This document shows, piece after piece, positions 1-12,300 of a DNA stretch of 64,000 nucleotides (within the stretch, counting starts at the first letter, position 1; the number at the start of each line of letters is the position of its first letter). Position numbers and translations under genes: made by a program. Below the pieces are notes generated by a model that saw only the letters and a list, made by a program, of their open reading frames with translations, was not told where the DNA came from and ran no database searches. Source of the DNA: Amoebophrya sp. A120 (Eukaryota > Protista > Dinoflagellata); NCBI GenBank assembly GCA_905178155.1, contig CAJINV010000010.1:3430587-3494586 (forward strand), in the 5' to 3' direction.

Positions 1-29
1 TTAGAGTGAACGGCCCAATCGCCCTCATA

Positions 30-2062
30 TTTGTGTTGTAGTGTTGGTGGAAGATGTTGCTGTGTTGTAGCTGTGGTGGTTGTAGTGCTGGTGGTAATTA
101 TTCTGGTCGTACGCTGAAGCTCCGTAGTTGCAGCTCATCATCTGCGCATTGTGATGACCATGCCCCGGCGTCGGGTTAAAATTGCTGTACGCTCCAGGTC
201 CAGCTTGGTAAGAAGTGTGTTGCTGCTGGTGCTGGCCGCTGGTGGTCGTGCTGTTCAGCATCTCAGCATTTCCTGTTGTACCAGCTACACCACCTGCAGT
301 TCCTGACTGAGCAGTACCAGCGGAGTTTTGTTGATTCTGCCCGACCTGCTGCCGGCGCAAGTGCGGAGCCACATACAATTTCGCTTTGGTCGGACTGGCT
401 GGCGGGTTGTTGTTTGCATTGGGCGCGCCATGAAGAACATCCGTCGATTCATTTGCCTTTCCTGCACTAGGAGGAGCTTCTGGTGCGCCAGTCGTGTTTG
501 AAGGCAGTTGCACCGGTGCACCGCCAGGTTGTAATTGTAAAGTCGTTGCACCAGAACAAGTTCCTTCTGGATGATTTTCCTGCGCCGCACCCTGCGCCAG
601 TTGACTCCCATTGTTCAACATTCTCGGTGACGACTGCAAGGAGTTGTTTTTCGAGCTCTGTACGGATCCGTTTTTCGAGGAGTTTTCGCTCGAGGAGGTT
701 TTCTGCACGGCTATCAGCTTCGAGCACATTGGCGAGGGGAGCTCTAAGTCGAAACCTATCGCGAGAAAAAACTGTTTCACTGTGAACTTGTGATGCATAG
801 AATGGAAGACAGAACTATTTGAATTTGTCTTGCCACACCTGCAAGACCTCGAGGACTCTTTAGCGGTGTTTTTCCTTTGGAAGCGCGCATGGCAAATTTT
901 CTGTGTCATGTGTAACAAACTTGTGATGCAGATCTTGCAAGACCATCACAGTGAAACAGTTTTTTCGCGGGATAAAACCAAAACTGGACTTATTGTTATT
1001 CTGCGGAGCAGGAGCAGCTGGTGGCAGAACCGATGAAACGGTGCTGGTTGTAACTACCGGGGCGGGTGGAGCTGCTGCGGGAATTTGTGGTTGTCCCGCC
1101 GCGCTCGTAGAAGTTGCCGGCTTCATTACAGAGAGATTTTTAACCGTCGACGTGCTGTTGGGAACAAGACCACCAGCAGTACTACTGTTCAAAGCAGGAA
1201 CTTCTACAGGAAGTGGTCCACCTGCTGCCACGACTTCTTTTGAAGAAGAAGATGCTGGTGCGCCATTCATCTTTGGCACAACGACGACACTGGTACTAGA
1301 ACTCGTGCTGCTTGTCGGGTTAAAAACATCGTATGACGCCACCTTGCTCGGTTGTCGCTCCTCCTTTGACAAGTTCTTCACCGGGGAAGCAGACCCGGAA
1401 GTTTTGGAGTAATTTGGCGCAGCTGCTGTAGTAGAAGTTGCACCAACTACTAAAGAGCCAGCAGGAGGAAGAAGTCCAGGGACTGCAGGTGGGATCGATT
1501 TGCTGTTCTGGACATCTTTATTACTGCTAAGACTGTTAGAAGAAGAGCTCGATAAAATTTTCGACATCGCCAAAGCACTATTCATCCCGCCAAGCCCGAC
1601 GTAGGAATGCAGCTGCATCTCGACCCGGAAAAATTTCTCCTTCGCGATGTCATCCGTACCGTTCACGATCTTGTGCGTCTCTCGAAGAACTTTTTCGAAC
1701 TTCACTGCGAAGTTGTGTTTCAGCTTCTTCGGATTCATTTTTGAAGAAGTACTTTTTTGGTCATCCGTGGCAGCAGGTTCGTCGTTGGAGGAGCAAAACC
1801 CTTCATGGTCGTCGATCGGGCAGGTTAAGATCATCTTTTTACTCTCCTGCTTGTTGTTCAAGAGCGGGGAAGGAGAACTGCTACTCAACATCATTCCTGC
1901 ACTAGTACTTCCACTGTGCGTCATATTAGCATCGCTGTCGATGTGAACGGGCAAAAACGGATCTGCGACAGCGAGTAGACAGGGCGATTGCCGCTCTTCC
2001 TGGTCGCCGTCGAGGGAGAGAAGGGGGATCTGCCTTGTTTTATTCCCTTTGTTCAGCTTCAT
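30..2062 (-). CDS. Low-complexity (S/T/A/P/Q/N-rich) hypothetical protein; probably continues past the window start
   Basis: ORFs 860-2167 and 25-918 join in frame (KSSFG|FDLELPSPM) after removing element 757-974 plus 5 nt. First ATG at 2062. The apparent stop at 25-27 lies in a TATG start resembling another element end. Confidence 0.7.
757..974. mobile_element. Introner family E
   Basis: TIR TATCGCGAGAAAAAACTGTTTCACTGTGA; direct repeat AAACC. Confidence 0.92.
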
Positions 2063-2296
2063 GTTATCAGAAAGTTGCTCCGCCCTTCGCGTGAGAAAAC
2101 GAACCAACCGGCAAAAAAGCCCAGAAGCGGAGGAGCCGATGGTGTCGAGACGGCGCCTGATACACAAAAAATATCATATAAATATATCCGGTATTTCTAG
2201 GAAATTACTCTTACAGTTGTACTTCTGTGTGAATCCTCGTGATATCATGGCATCACAGAAAGATAATGCGGTAGAGTTTTCGCAAGGTAATAAATA

Positions 2297-3984
2297 CTAG
2301 TACCTGCACTCCGCGTCTTCCTTCGACTGCGAACCCACGCTGCTCCAGTTTCCGTCAAACGCAGTGCAGACACCGTCGATTTTGTCCGAATTGGATGCCC
2401 CCGCCAATCCGAATCCAGTAGGGGGCGTTGCGCTTGTTCCACCACTTGCCGCTCGCAAATCCGGTATCAAATTCTCGAACCGCAGAAACGACAACACAAG
2501 TAGGCACATTTCGTAGCTGCCCCAGTGCAGCTGCAGAGCGTGATGCGATGTTGAACGGGCGTTGTCCTTATCATCATCGATAATATCGTGCAGCTGCAAC
2601 ACTTTCTTTTCGTAAAACGTTTCCCACAATTGGAGCTATCAAATGTAAAAATGTCTGGGTCTGGAAAATTGTGATGCTGGGTGGCGTATCATGAGGACGC
2701 CACAAGTGCTCGCTCAGCATGACAAGTTTCTGAGCTTCTAGGTGTTGCCTATTCTGCATGACAAACTGCGTTTCTGCATGACAGAAAAGTGGCGCTCTTG
2801 GGTAAGGTGCATGACAGATTTGAGAGTCATGCCAGACAAGCATGACAAACATGCACTCTTCCAGACCCAGACATTTTTACACTTGATAGGAGCAGCTCGT
2901 TCACAAACCCTGCGTTCTCCCGGTATTGCTTGATCAGCAACCAGCCCCGCTTTCGCCACAAGTTTTGGTTCGACCAAAGCCGAACTTCTTGGCGGGAAAC
3001 TGGTGTCCTCGGGATCATTTTGGTTGTACTACTATTAGCTGCGCTGGTGCTCTGCTTGTTCAGAACCGCGATAACGACGGTTAACGCTTGATGCTGGTCA
3101 CCACCAGGAGCATCACCATTACCAGCAGTCCCTCCTCCTGTGCCCGTACAACTGTAGGTTTTCGCAAAGGAGAACGACCAGGCGGAGGTGCTGGAACTCG
3201 AAAGCACAATATGGATTGTGAAAATGTCTGGGTCTGGAAGAATGCATGTTTGTCATGCTTGTCTGGCATGACTCTCAGATCTGTCATGCACGTTACCCAA
3301 GAGCGCAACTTTTCTGTCATGCAGAATGGCACTTTGTCATGCAGAATAGGCAGCACCTAGAAGCTCAGAAACTTGTCATGCTGAGCCAGCACTTGCGGCC
3401 TCCTCATGATACGCCACCGAGCATCACAAGTTTCCAGACCCAGACATTTTTACATTTGATACACAAATTGCTGTTGCAATTTCTCTATCCTCTGCAAAAG
3501 TATCGCACTCGTAGTAATCGCAGTCATGCATTACAAATCTCGTCCAGCCCAAGGAAAAACAGCATGACAAATGCATTCGTCATGCTGAGCCAATTTGTAT
3601 TGCAAGTTATACCAGTACGATACTTTTGCATTGCATATTCTCCAAGCTAACACTCGAGTCCGCGAGCAATTCCAGAACAAAATTATTTTTCCCCCCGCTG
3701 TTCGTAGTTGCAACGCCACCCGCAGTCGGCGCCGTCGCAGCTGCGGTTGTAGAAGACTTCCGCAGCAGGATCGGTTTCCACGGTTTCAGCTGGAAAGACA
3801 GCTCGTCCAGGAGCTTGTTGTCGGGCGTTTCTGGAAGAGCAGTCGGGGGTAGGGGTGGAACCATGTGGTTTGATGTTCCTACGTGGACGTTACTGTGCTG
3901 CTGCATGCCGTTGCCGACTCCTGTCTCCACCCCGCGACCTAGCGCGCGTTCTTGCGTCGTAGAGACGTTTAGGTTTTTCCTCAT
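2297..3984 (-). CDS. Hypothetical protein, 4 exons including a micro-exon of about 20 nt
   Basis: Continuous frame SVSLE|KLQQQFV|LSSSS...FVNELL|QLWETFY after removing three TIR elements. Confidence 0.75.
2637..2888. mobile_element. Introner family A (252-bp subfamily)
   Basis: TIR TATCAAATGTAAAAATGTCTGGGTCTGGAA; direct repeat GGAGC. Confidence 0.93.
3210..3461. mobile_element. Introner family A (252-bp subfamily), inverted relative to 2637-2888
   Basis: Reverse complement of 2637-2888; direct repeat CACAA. Confidence 0.93.
3486..3637. mobile_element. Introner family B
   Basis: TIR core TGCAAAAGTATCG; direct repeat TTCTC. Confidence 0.92.
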
Positions 3985-4969
3985 GTTTTTTTTTCGTGGA
4001 AAGTTGTATCAGTCTAGGCTCGCTGATTTCTATACATGATAAACGCCCTTGCCAGTATTCAAAAGTCTGGCTTGTTTCTCGTGAAATTAGTTTCGATGTT
4101 GTTCTTGATTTTTAAGCTCGACTTTTAAAATGTCACTAGTAGCTGTCAACAATGTATTAAAGCTAGGCTGTACGCACTAATGTGCCGGCTGCGCGACCAA
4201 CTTAAACTTTTACTTTTAGTTATGAGACACTTACGTATATATAATAAATCCCCTTGCTAGAAAAAAACGCGCTGGTAGACCACCTGAGAATACAATACGT
4301 TTTAGAATGAAAATTTTGACGAATTTCAATTTGAAGTGTTCACCTCTTCATTCCATAACGTTAACGACCATCACGAAGATGCTATACTTTACGAACCACG
4401 AACTCAGTGATCAAGCTTCACAACCATGCAGACGATTTTCGGGTCGATACGTACCAACATCCGCTTGCACTGCAGACATTGATGTGCCTTTTACGATTCT
4501 ACCATATTGACACTACATGCTTCATGAAATACTTAAATGCCACGATTACAACACACTGCCTGGGAATAAAAGACTCACATACGACCCAAACGACGAATTC
4601 ATTGTAATCTTCTTCACGAAAGGAATACACATCAGACCTCTGGACCCACCTGACGTGGACTTTTGTTCAATCAATCTACGGAGCGCATAATTGAATCTCG
4701 TACGATTATCAGCAGAACACCTTCGGGAAACGAAGAAAAGACCGCAACGTTTTTGCTTTTGTAAGTTTTTACTTTATGCTGACATGGCTGAGATCTGTGA
4801 GACCGGCTCAACAAACTCGTTGCGAGTTTCCGGCCTACCGGCACCGGCTTTGAGCGCGCTGTCATCATGTATCTATTCACGTTGATGTGAAAAGCAATCT
4901 TCATTTTTGCAGAACCTTGGCATCAAATTCAAATCATACAAACTTAAAAAAAAAGTCAAACCGCATATA

Positions 4970-5660
4970 AATTTAGCATCTTGGATGCGCGGGATTCATC
5001 ACTATAGTTTTGCGTTTCAGGATGCACTGTGCGGAGAGGAATAGAATAAAACGACTCAAAACTAGACAAAACTTTTTGGCACCATTTTTCGCAGACAACA
5101 GATCCTCTTTCACTTTCCATCAGTTCTTCCTCAGACCGCGATCAGAAAAAGATTGCCTTTGAGGACTGACAACCAATGCATCATTCTCAATACCCATCCT
5201 CTTGCTGCGGGCCGGAGGTCGTGCTTTCGGATTGGCCCACCGTTCCATCGGAGCCCACCACGGGTAAAAAGCTGCTTGAAGTGTATGACGACCTGGTCAA
5301 ACGTTACAATCTCAAACGTTAAAATTAGCATCTTGGATGCGCGGGGTTCATCGCTATAGTTTTTCAGGATGCGTTGCGTCACGCTACAAACTGTGCGGTG
5401 AGGAATAGACTAAAACGACTCAAAACAAGACAAAACAGTATCTGAAACCATTTTCGCCATCAGTTCTTCCTCAGACCGCAATCAAAAAAAGATTGCATTT
5501 GAGGACTGACAACCAATGCATCATTCTCAATACCCATCCTCTTGCTGCGGGCCGGAGCTCGTCCCTTCGGATTGGTCCACCGTTCCATCGGAGCCCACCA
5601 CGGTCAAAAAGCTGCTTGAAGCGTATGACCTGCTCAATCGTTACAATCTCAAACGTTACA
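4970..5660. repeat. Diverged tandem duplication of about 340 bp
   Basis: 4970-5320 resembles 5321-5660; ORFs 5153 and 5493 translate to near-identical peptides. Confidence 0.85.
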
Positions 5661-6610
5661 ATAGAGTCTAAATTTTGTCTCGCACAGCTATAAACAGACT
5701 GCGCGGCTCCTACACCGAAAGGATCTAGATTTTCTCTTGCATGATGAGCATGACAGAATCGCAGAGCGTTCCCGTTCCATCTTCTGCAATACAAATTTCC
5801 CCAGGAGATTCTAGTGCGGATTGGGGCTCCGAAACTTGTCATGCGCAATCCTATGGAACTAGGCTAGACCATGCAGTGCTTGCATCACAGATTTCCATCA
5901 TCTATTGTACCGCTTGAGATTGTAACACCTGAGCGGGTTATAAAGCGGACGCTCTGAGCCGGAGGGGCGAATGCTCCGCTGGTACCGCTGGTACCTCATA
6001 TACGTACTTCTGCATCAGTTGGAGCTGCGCTCTCAATGCCGCGACTTCGGTTTCGCACTCTGCCAGAGCAGCCGACCAGTCGGCCGGCTCCGACGAGTGT
6101 GACAACGGAGACGCGGGCGAGGAAGGAAACGAGCAGCCGTCAGAATGCGACGCCGGGGCCGTCGACGAGGAGGGGGAGTGGTGCGCGTGGCTGTGGTGGC
6201 CGTGGGGGGGGGGGGGGGGGGGGGTGACTCTTGTCGTGGTGGCCGTGGCCGTGGTGGCCGCGGCCGTCGTGCGCGACATGACCGTGTCCAGAAGCAGTCA
6301 GGTGTTTCATGCGTTTTGCATGCTCTTGCTCCGCCTTATTAGCAGCAGCTTCAATTCGCTTCAATCGTTCCGCTTTGTCCTCCGCGCTCAGAATGGTTCT
6401 TGGCGATAATTCGTCCACACTGCTTGCGTATACGGACACAAAACCAGGACGAAGAGCCTTTTTCTCAATCATGGAAACTGCACCAGTTGGAGACCCCCGC
6501 TGCAGCGCTGCATCTTGTTCATTGAGGCCATCACTGCACGGCGTGTCGGTGTGCTCCGAAGTCGCAACTGCGAAGCGCAGCAATGCTGTGATAACCAGAA
6601 GCAAATACAT
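5527..6610 (-). CDS. Putative secreted His/Pro/Ser-rich protein; frameshift at the poly-G run near 6204-6224
   Basis: Signal-like MYLLLVITALLRFAVA. ORFs 6140-6628 and 5938-6279 overlap at the G-run. Removing element 5624-5942 gives RASA|SSSFLT...QQEDGY-stop. Confidence 0.65.
5624..5942. mobile_element. Introner family C
   Basis: TIR TAT..CTCAA..GTTACAATCTCAA; direct repeat AAGCG. Confidence 0.9.
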
Positions 6611-9064
6611 CGGCCAATAATAGGACAAGGGCTCAGCTGTTTGTAGTTGACTTAGACTTTCTAAGTATTTTCAAAAAATGATGATGATGTTGGCAGCGTG
6701 CCCTTTGGCGGACTGCTGCGTGCTACTCCCTCCTCCAGCCCGAGGGCGACTCCTGAGCACCGACCTGCTAAGGTGAACAGTTGTTGACCTATGTATACCA
6801 TAAGGGTGCGGCTGCTATGTTGAGGCATACACAAAAATAGGAACACTCATACTCTTCTCCCTCTGTGTTGACGGAGGAAGTGAAGTGAAGTGATCTAGAA
6901 GATCAAATTACGACAAGAGAGAGTGCCAGCGCCGATGATTGCGCGGGCGCGGAAAAGATATCACGTTGGTGTGATCATACAAACACGTACTTAGAACAGC
7001 GCCCGATAGAAAAACCAAACCTAAAGCAACGCACTCGTCGCGCCGGCAGCAGGCCTCTGCGATAGCTGAGCCTGCACGACTCACTCGCATTGGCTTACTC
7101 GGACACAAGTATCGGGTCGTGTTGAAGCAGAAAAGCAAAAGAGTTCTCAAGATATTGTAGTTCCTTTGCAGAATAGATTTTTCGAGCATCTCGTCTGTTC
7201 AAACGTCCAAGAGATCACCAGTGCATCTACTTGGGACGCACATAATCACAACTTCAACAGCAGAACCGAATTTCATAGTATTAAAAAACCACAGCATGAT
7301 TTGCATTCCAGGAACATCAAATTCAGTAAGCTTTAGTAGATCAAAAGTCAGTAGTCAAAGCGAAGGAGTAGGATGTACATTTCAGCAAATTTTCTTCAGC
7401 AGATGGAGCGCGAAAGTTTTGGTAATCCGAAACAATTGTAGAGATCAACATCAACTCAAAGGTCGTGGTTTCATATAGTAGAAATCATCAAGCAAAAGCA
7501 ATCGAGCAATAGAAAATAATCAGAATCAAAGAATTCAAGGCGTACTAATAAATACGTAGCGAGAAAGAGGTCTGCAATCTGAAAAATGGCCTAGTAAAGG
7601 ACTGGATAGGCTTGTGGTTTCGCAGGCAAAGAAGGTAATTCAATCTCGGGGACGAAAGGAGCTAACAATTGATCGAGTCGGAAGCGGTGTTCGGTCTTTG
7701 AAGAACGGAGTGGCCATAATATCTTCAGCAGCTCTTTCTCGATCATCAAAAGTCGTGCTTTGCTTGTTGAACGAAAGATTTTGTAAATTGAATTGCGAAA
7801 AAAAGGTAACAGCTTCTGCAAACATTCTGCAAAAATATTAACGAAATAGAAATGATTTTGCATATAGTAGAAAATTTTTCTGAAAACAAGTCCTCAGCTG
7901 GTAGTTCTAGAGTCATTATCTAACTTCTTTGCAGGAGCTAAATTGAGTTGTATTTTTCCACCAGCGAACTTGTTGTAGTTGTAGAGAAGAAACAAGAGTA
8001 GAGAAAAATCGTGCCTCTCCATGGTACATCAGCAACATTTTAGCCCTAACGCACATGGAAGGCCAGCCTCAAAATTTTTCCGCTTGAGTATCTCTATTTA
8101 ATGTCTATTTTCATATAGTTTTTCAAGCAATTCAAAATACAAAATCTATTTCCTCTTTCGTGAAAGATATATCGAATAAATGTTCTGAATTTTATTCATT
8201 CGCCCCCGAGGTTCATTCTGATACAGATTATGGCCGCATAAAGATCATGGCCGAAAGAAAGCGCTTTGTCAATCTTTATGAAAAAAAACTACATTTGAGG
8301 TTTAGAACATCAACCGAACCAGGTGCCCCTTGTACGTTGTGTAAGTTAGTAGTGCTATTTATTTTTTGTAAATTTTCGAAACCAAATTTCTATGCGATAA
8401 AATACCATTGGGCTGAAAGGTGCGTGTGGTTGCATATTTTTACGTTCAACATCTCCTAACTACTGACAATTGATCTTTTGAGGCATTCGGCAAAAGCAGC
8501 GTCGCGTTTAAAGGTTTCTTCAAAAGTGGAGCCGTTTCTTCGAGTTCGTTAGTATTTTTTCTCAAAAGCTATCAGTCGCAGAAGTAGAGATGATTTATTT
8601 GATGGTTCTTGCATAGTAATTTGCGAAAAGAAACCTTCGGGCATAGGTAGGTACTTCTTAGAATCTCAACAACTCCCGTAGAAATTCACGCTGTCACAAC
8701 AGAATTTGCCTGCCAACGTGACAGCGTAAATGACCATAGGCGTCGAATTCGATTCTTGGTATTAGTAATCAATACGCAACGGTAGAGAGCATCATTGTGT
8801 CGCAATGGAGATAGTAGTACCGTAATTTATTTTTTCCCATGCCTATTTCTATCATGTCGTGAGAAACGTATTTATTCTTATAAAAGCCGTAAAATTCATA
8901 TCTTTGGCATGTTTTTGTCTCTGTCAATTCATTTTTTGTACTGCTTTTCTCAATTTTGAAACTCAAAACCGATTGGACACGTACTAAATTCGTACCAAAT
9001 AATTTACAAAGAAAAATGCAGAATTGTTTTAGACGGTGGCTGCAACGATGAAGCGATGAAGAGC

Positions 9065-9093
9065 TCATCATCATCATCATCATCATCATCATC
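9065..9093. repeat. (TCA)n microsatellite
   Basis: About 9 TCA units. Confidence 0.9.
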
Positions 9094-9385
9094 CCAACCG
9101 CCGCCTAAAAAAGAAGAACGAAACAAAATTTTGAGAAAGGATTCTGTCTTTGGATAGCACTTGCTCCCACCAGCAGCTCGGTAAGAAGTACTACGGGTCA
9201 CCACTTGTCGTTTTGCTTTCCTCTTGCAGCAGCTGCTGTGGAGTATCTATCGTAGTGTTTCTATTTTCATCTTCCAGGTGGTATTTCTCTTGATTTTTGA
9301 CCTACGGGTGACGAAAAATTTCGGCGACGTTACATTACGTTTCTTTACGTATTTTCCATTTATATCCGACTCTCGTGAAGACCAC

Positions 9386-12300
9386 TTACGCGCCGCCATG
9401 GTAGCCGCACTTCTCGTCCATCTTCTGTTTCTCCGCGGTTTCCAGAGCATGCTCCCCAGCCCGCGTGGTTGGGATCGACGGAGTGTTTTGGTGACCGGCG
9501 CCGCCTAAGAGGCCAGACGCACCTGAGATGATTGAACAAGCGGAGAATGCGCGTTTAGGGATTATTGCATGCAATGCCTACTGCGACTGCATACTTACAA
9601 CGGATACAACAACTACTTTGGATCTTGCACGCGCTTAGTTCTCGAACAAGCTTACCGCCGTTGGCCGCACCCATGAATTCCTGATCAAAAGCGCCGGCAT
9701 TAAAAAAACTGTCGTAGCCCGCATCCATCTGGTAACCCATGCCAGCACCCGGAGCATCTGATTTGTGGTGGTCATTTGTCGTGCGGGAAACACATCAAAA
9801 CGATAAACTTGTATTGCTTTTTTGTTTCGCTAGATGTCCTACAAAAGATAAAACTTGTCATGCAGTTGCTTCCATGCTAGTGCAGTTTGCTCATGCGTCG
9901 AAACCTAAATACAGTAAAAAGAAGTACTCAAAGCGTTCGCCATTCCCGCGGAGTAGGAGTTCTGGTAGTTCTTCCAGGACTGTATCAAACAAAAAAAAAT
10001 TTCACGATCACTCATCGACAATCTTGCAATACAAACAGCCTCTGCCATGCATGAAGATGCATCACAATCAAATCTGATACGGGATTTCTCTGGTGCTTTT
10101 GCAATACTACAAGAAAGGCCTCCAAAATTTCTCGTGCGAAAACTGCAAGTGACGAGTGATGATGACCAACTTTCTTCTGTCCATAGACTGCGAAGCACCG
10201 CTACCACGCTTGGAACTGGTATGAAAGTAAAAAACCTTTTTGCTTGTTGTGTTGTACAGAACAACTGCATCACAGGTAGAGGCAGTCAGTTCTTAGTCTA
10301 CTAATCTAGGCTATTCTTGCATCACAAGTTGCGTTGTACGTGTTCTCTCACGTAGACTATAAGCCACGCATCACAGCCCCCGCCGAACTCTGTCATGCTG
10401 ATCCGACACTACAAGCTTTCTACTTCGATTTCCGATCATACCCCGACGCGTTCGACCACTTGTTCCACTCGGCCCACTCCTCGTGACCATACCCAGCACC
10501 GTAGTTCTGATGGTTTTTTTGCATCGCAGGTTTCCTTCGTTTTGGTGAAAACAGCATGACAGAGTTTTGACACTTTTTCTTCGTTCGGGTAAGGACCATA
10601 CGCACTTGTGCTGCTGCATGACGACCTTTCTTGAAGCCAAGAACATGCTGATCATTCTATATCACAAACACAATACTATACCCTCGCAGCAGCGGCCGTC
10701 GCGGCGGAATGGTGGGCGTGCGCCGCCGCCGCGCCCATGTGGGCCGCATATCAAAAGGAAAAATCCTCCCTCCCTAGATCAAAACGGAAATTTGTGATGC
10801 AGGTTTGTGGTCACAAATCATCTTTGTCTTGCATATAAGATCATAGGAGCCATTTAACGCGTTCATGAGCAAGTCTGTCATGCGCTTTCGACTACTGCAA
10901 ACCTGTTTGCCATGCGCAATTGCTAGCCTTCTGCATACTCAAACAGGCTCAGAAAATGCCGCCAAGCACTTTCTGCACGACAAATCTGATTTGTGTACGC
11001 AAATTCAGCATCAGAGACTTCGTTGCGATATGGGGAGGGGGGATTTTTCCTTTCAATACCGCAGCCAGGTTCGCCGTGGGGTTTGCGTTGGCAAATTCGT
11101 CGTTGACCCCAAACCCGTATGGATTGCAAATACGTCTGGGTCTGGAAACTTGTGATGCAAGTCGGTCAATAACAAATGCACTGTAATGCGCCGCCAAGCA
11201 TGACAAGTTGTCTCGTGCTTCTGTGCTGCGTTTTCCGCATGAGAAACTGCGTTTTTGCATGACAGGCGAGAGAGGCTGTTTCGATGGCCCCAAGCAATAC
11301 AGATTTAAGGGCCATTCCAGATCAGCATGACAAATCTCGCAATCTTCCAGACCCAGACATATTTGCACTCCATAACCCGCCGTGATTCCCGGCGCCAGAC
11401 CCGGCGCCAAACGCAGCAGCTCCGAGGGAGTTGACGCCAGCAGATCCCTGTAACCCGCCCGCGGCAGCAGCACCCATGTTCGCCGCGGCGGCAAACTGCG
11501 CAGCGGACAGCTGCGAGGCCGCGTGGTTGGGGACTACGCCCGTGGAGCTGCCATATCCTGAGTAAAAACGTACCCACACCAGAGTCAGGATGGGGATTTT
11601 GCAACAAAAACCTAGGAGGTTTGTGAGTCACGCATGACAAGTTGCACTCTGCAGTGTAGTGCAGGTTAGCAACTGCAGCCGCATCACAAATCCATTTGCT
11701 CATCCTGTTCACAGCATCACAAATTCCAAAACACGACTGGCAATGGCTCTCATGGGGATGCGCGTTACAAGTCTTCCTGTCTTTGCAAATCTGCATTACA
11801 ACTCTGGTGTGGGTACGTTTTTACTCAGGATATGCCACCGTGCATGTTCAAAGCGTTGCCAAACGGGTTCGCGGTGTTGACCCCCGGTAAGTTGCCAAAC
11901 GGGTTCCCGTATGAAATGCAAAAGCAACGTACTAGTATGAATTGCATCACAAATTTCCCCAGCATGAAAAATAAAATTTGTAATGGGGATTTAACTTGAG
12001 AAAGAAATTTTTGAATGCATAAAAGCAATCACTACGAGTACGATACTTTTGCAATGCATATCCCGGTGTTCACCCCCGTCGCAGCACCGCTGGTCTGCGC
12101 CAACATGTTCATCATCGCGTCCAGCTGGGTCTGCTGCGCCTGCAGGTGCTGGCTAATCGCCGCGGAATTCTGCTGTCCCTGCATCTGCTGTTGCTGCTGC
12201 TGCAGAAGCAACTGCTGGTTGTTGTTTCCATTGTTGTTTCCGCCCATGTTGTTCAGGTTGTTCTGGCCGACGTTGTTCTGGCCGTTATTGTTGGCGTTGT

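Noticed and set aside
6900-8800. Possible gene in the AT-rich interval
   Set aside because: Only short ORFs without recognisable motifs; I could not build an exon chain
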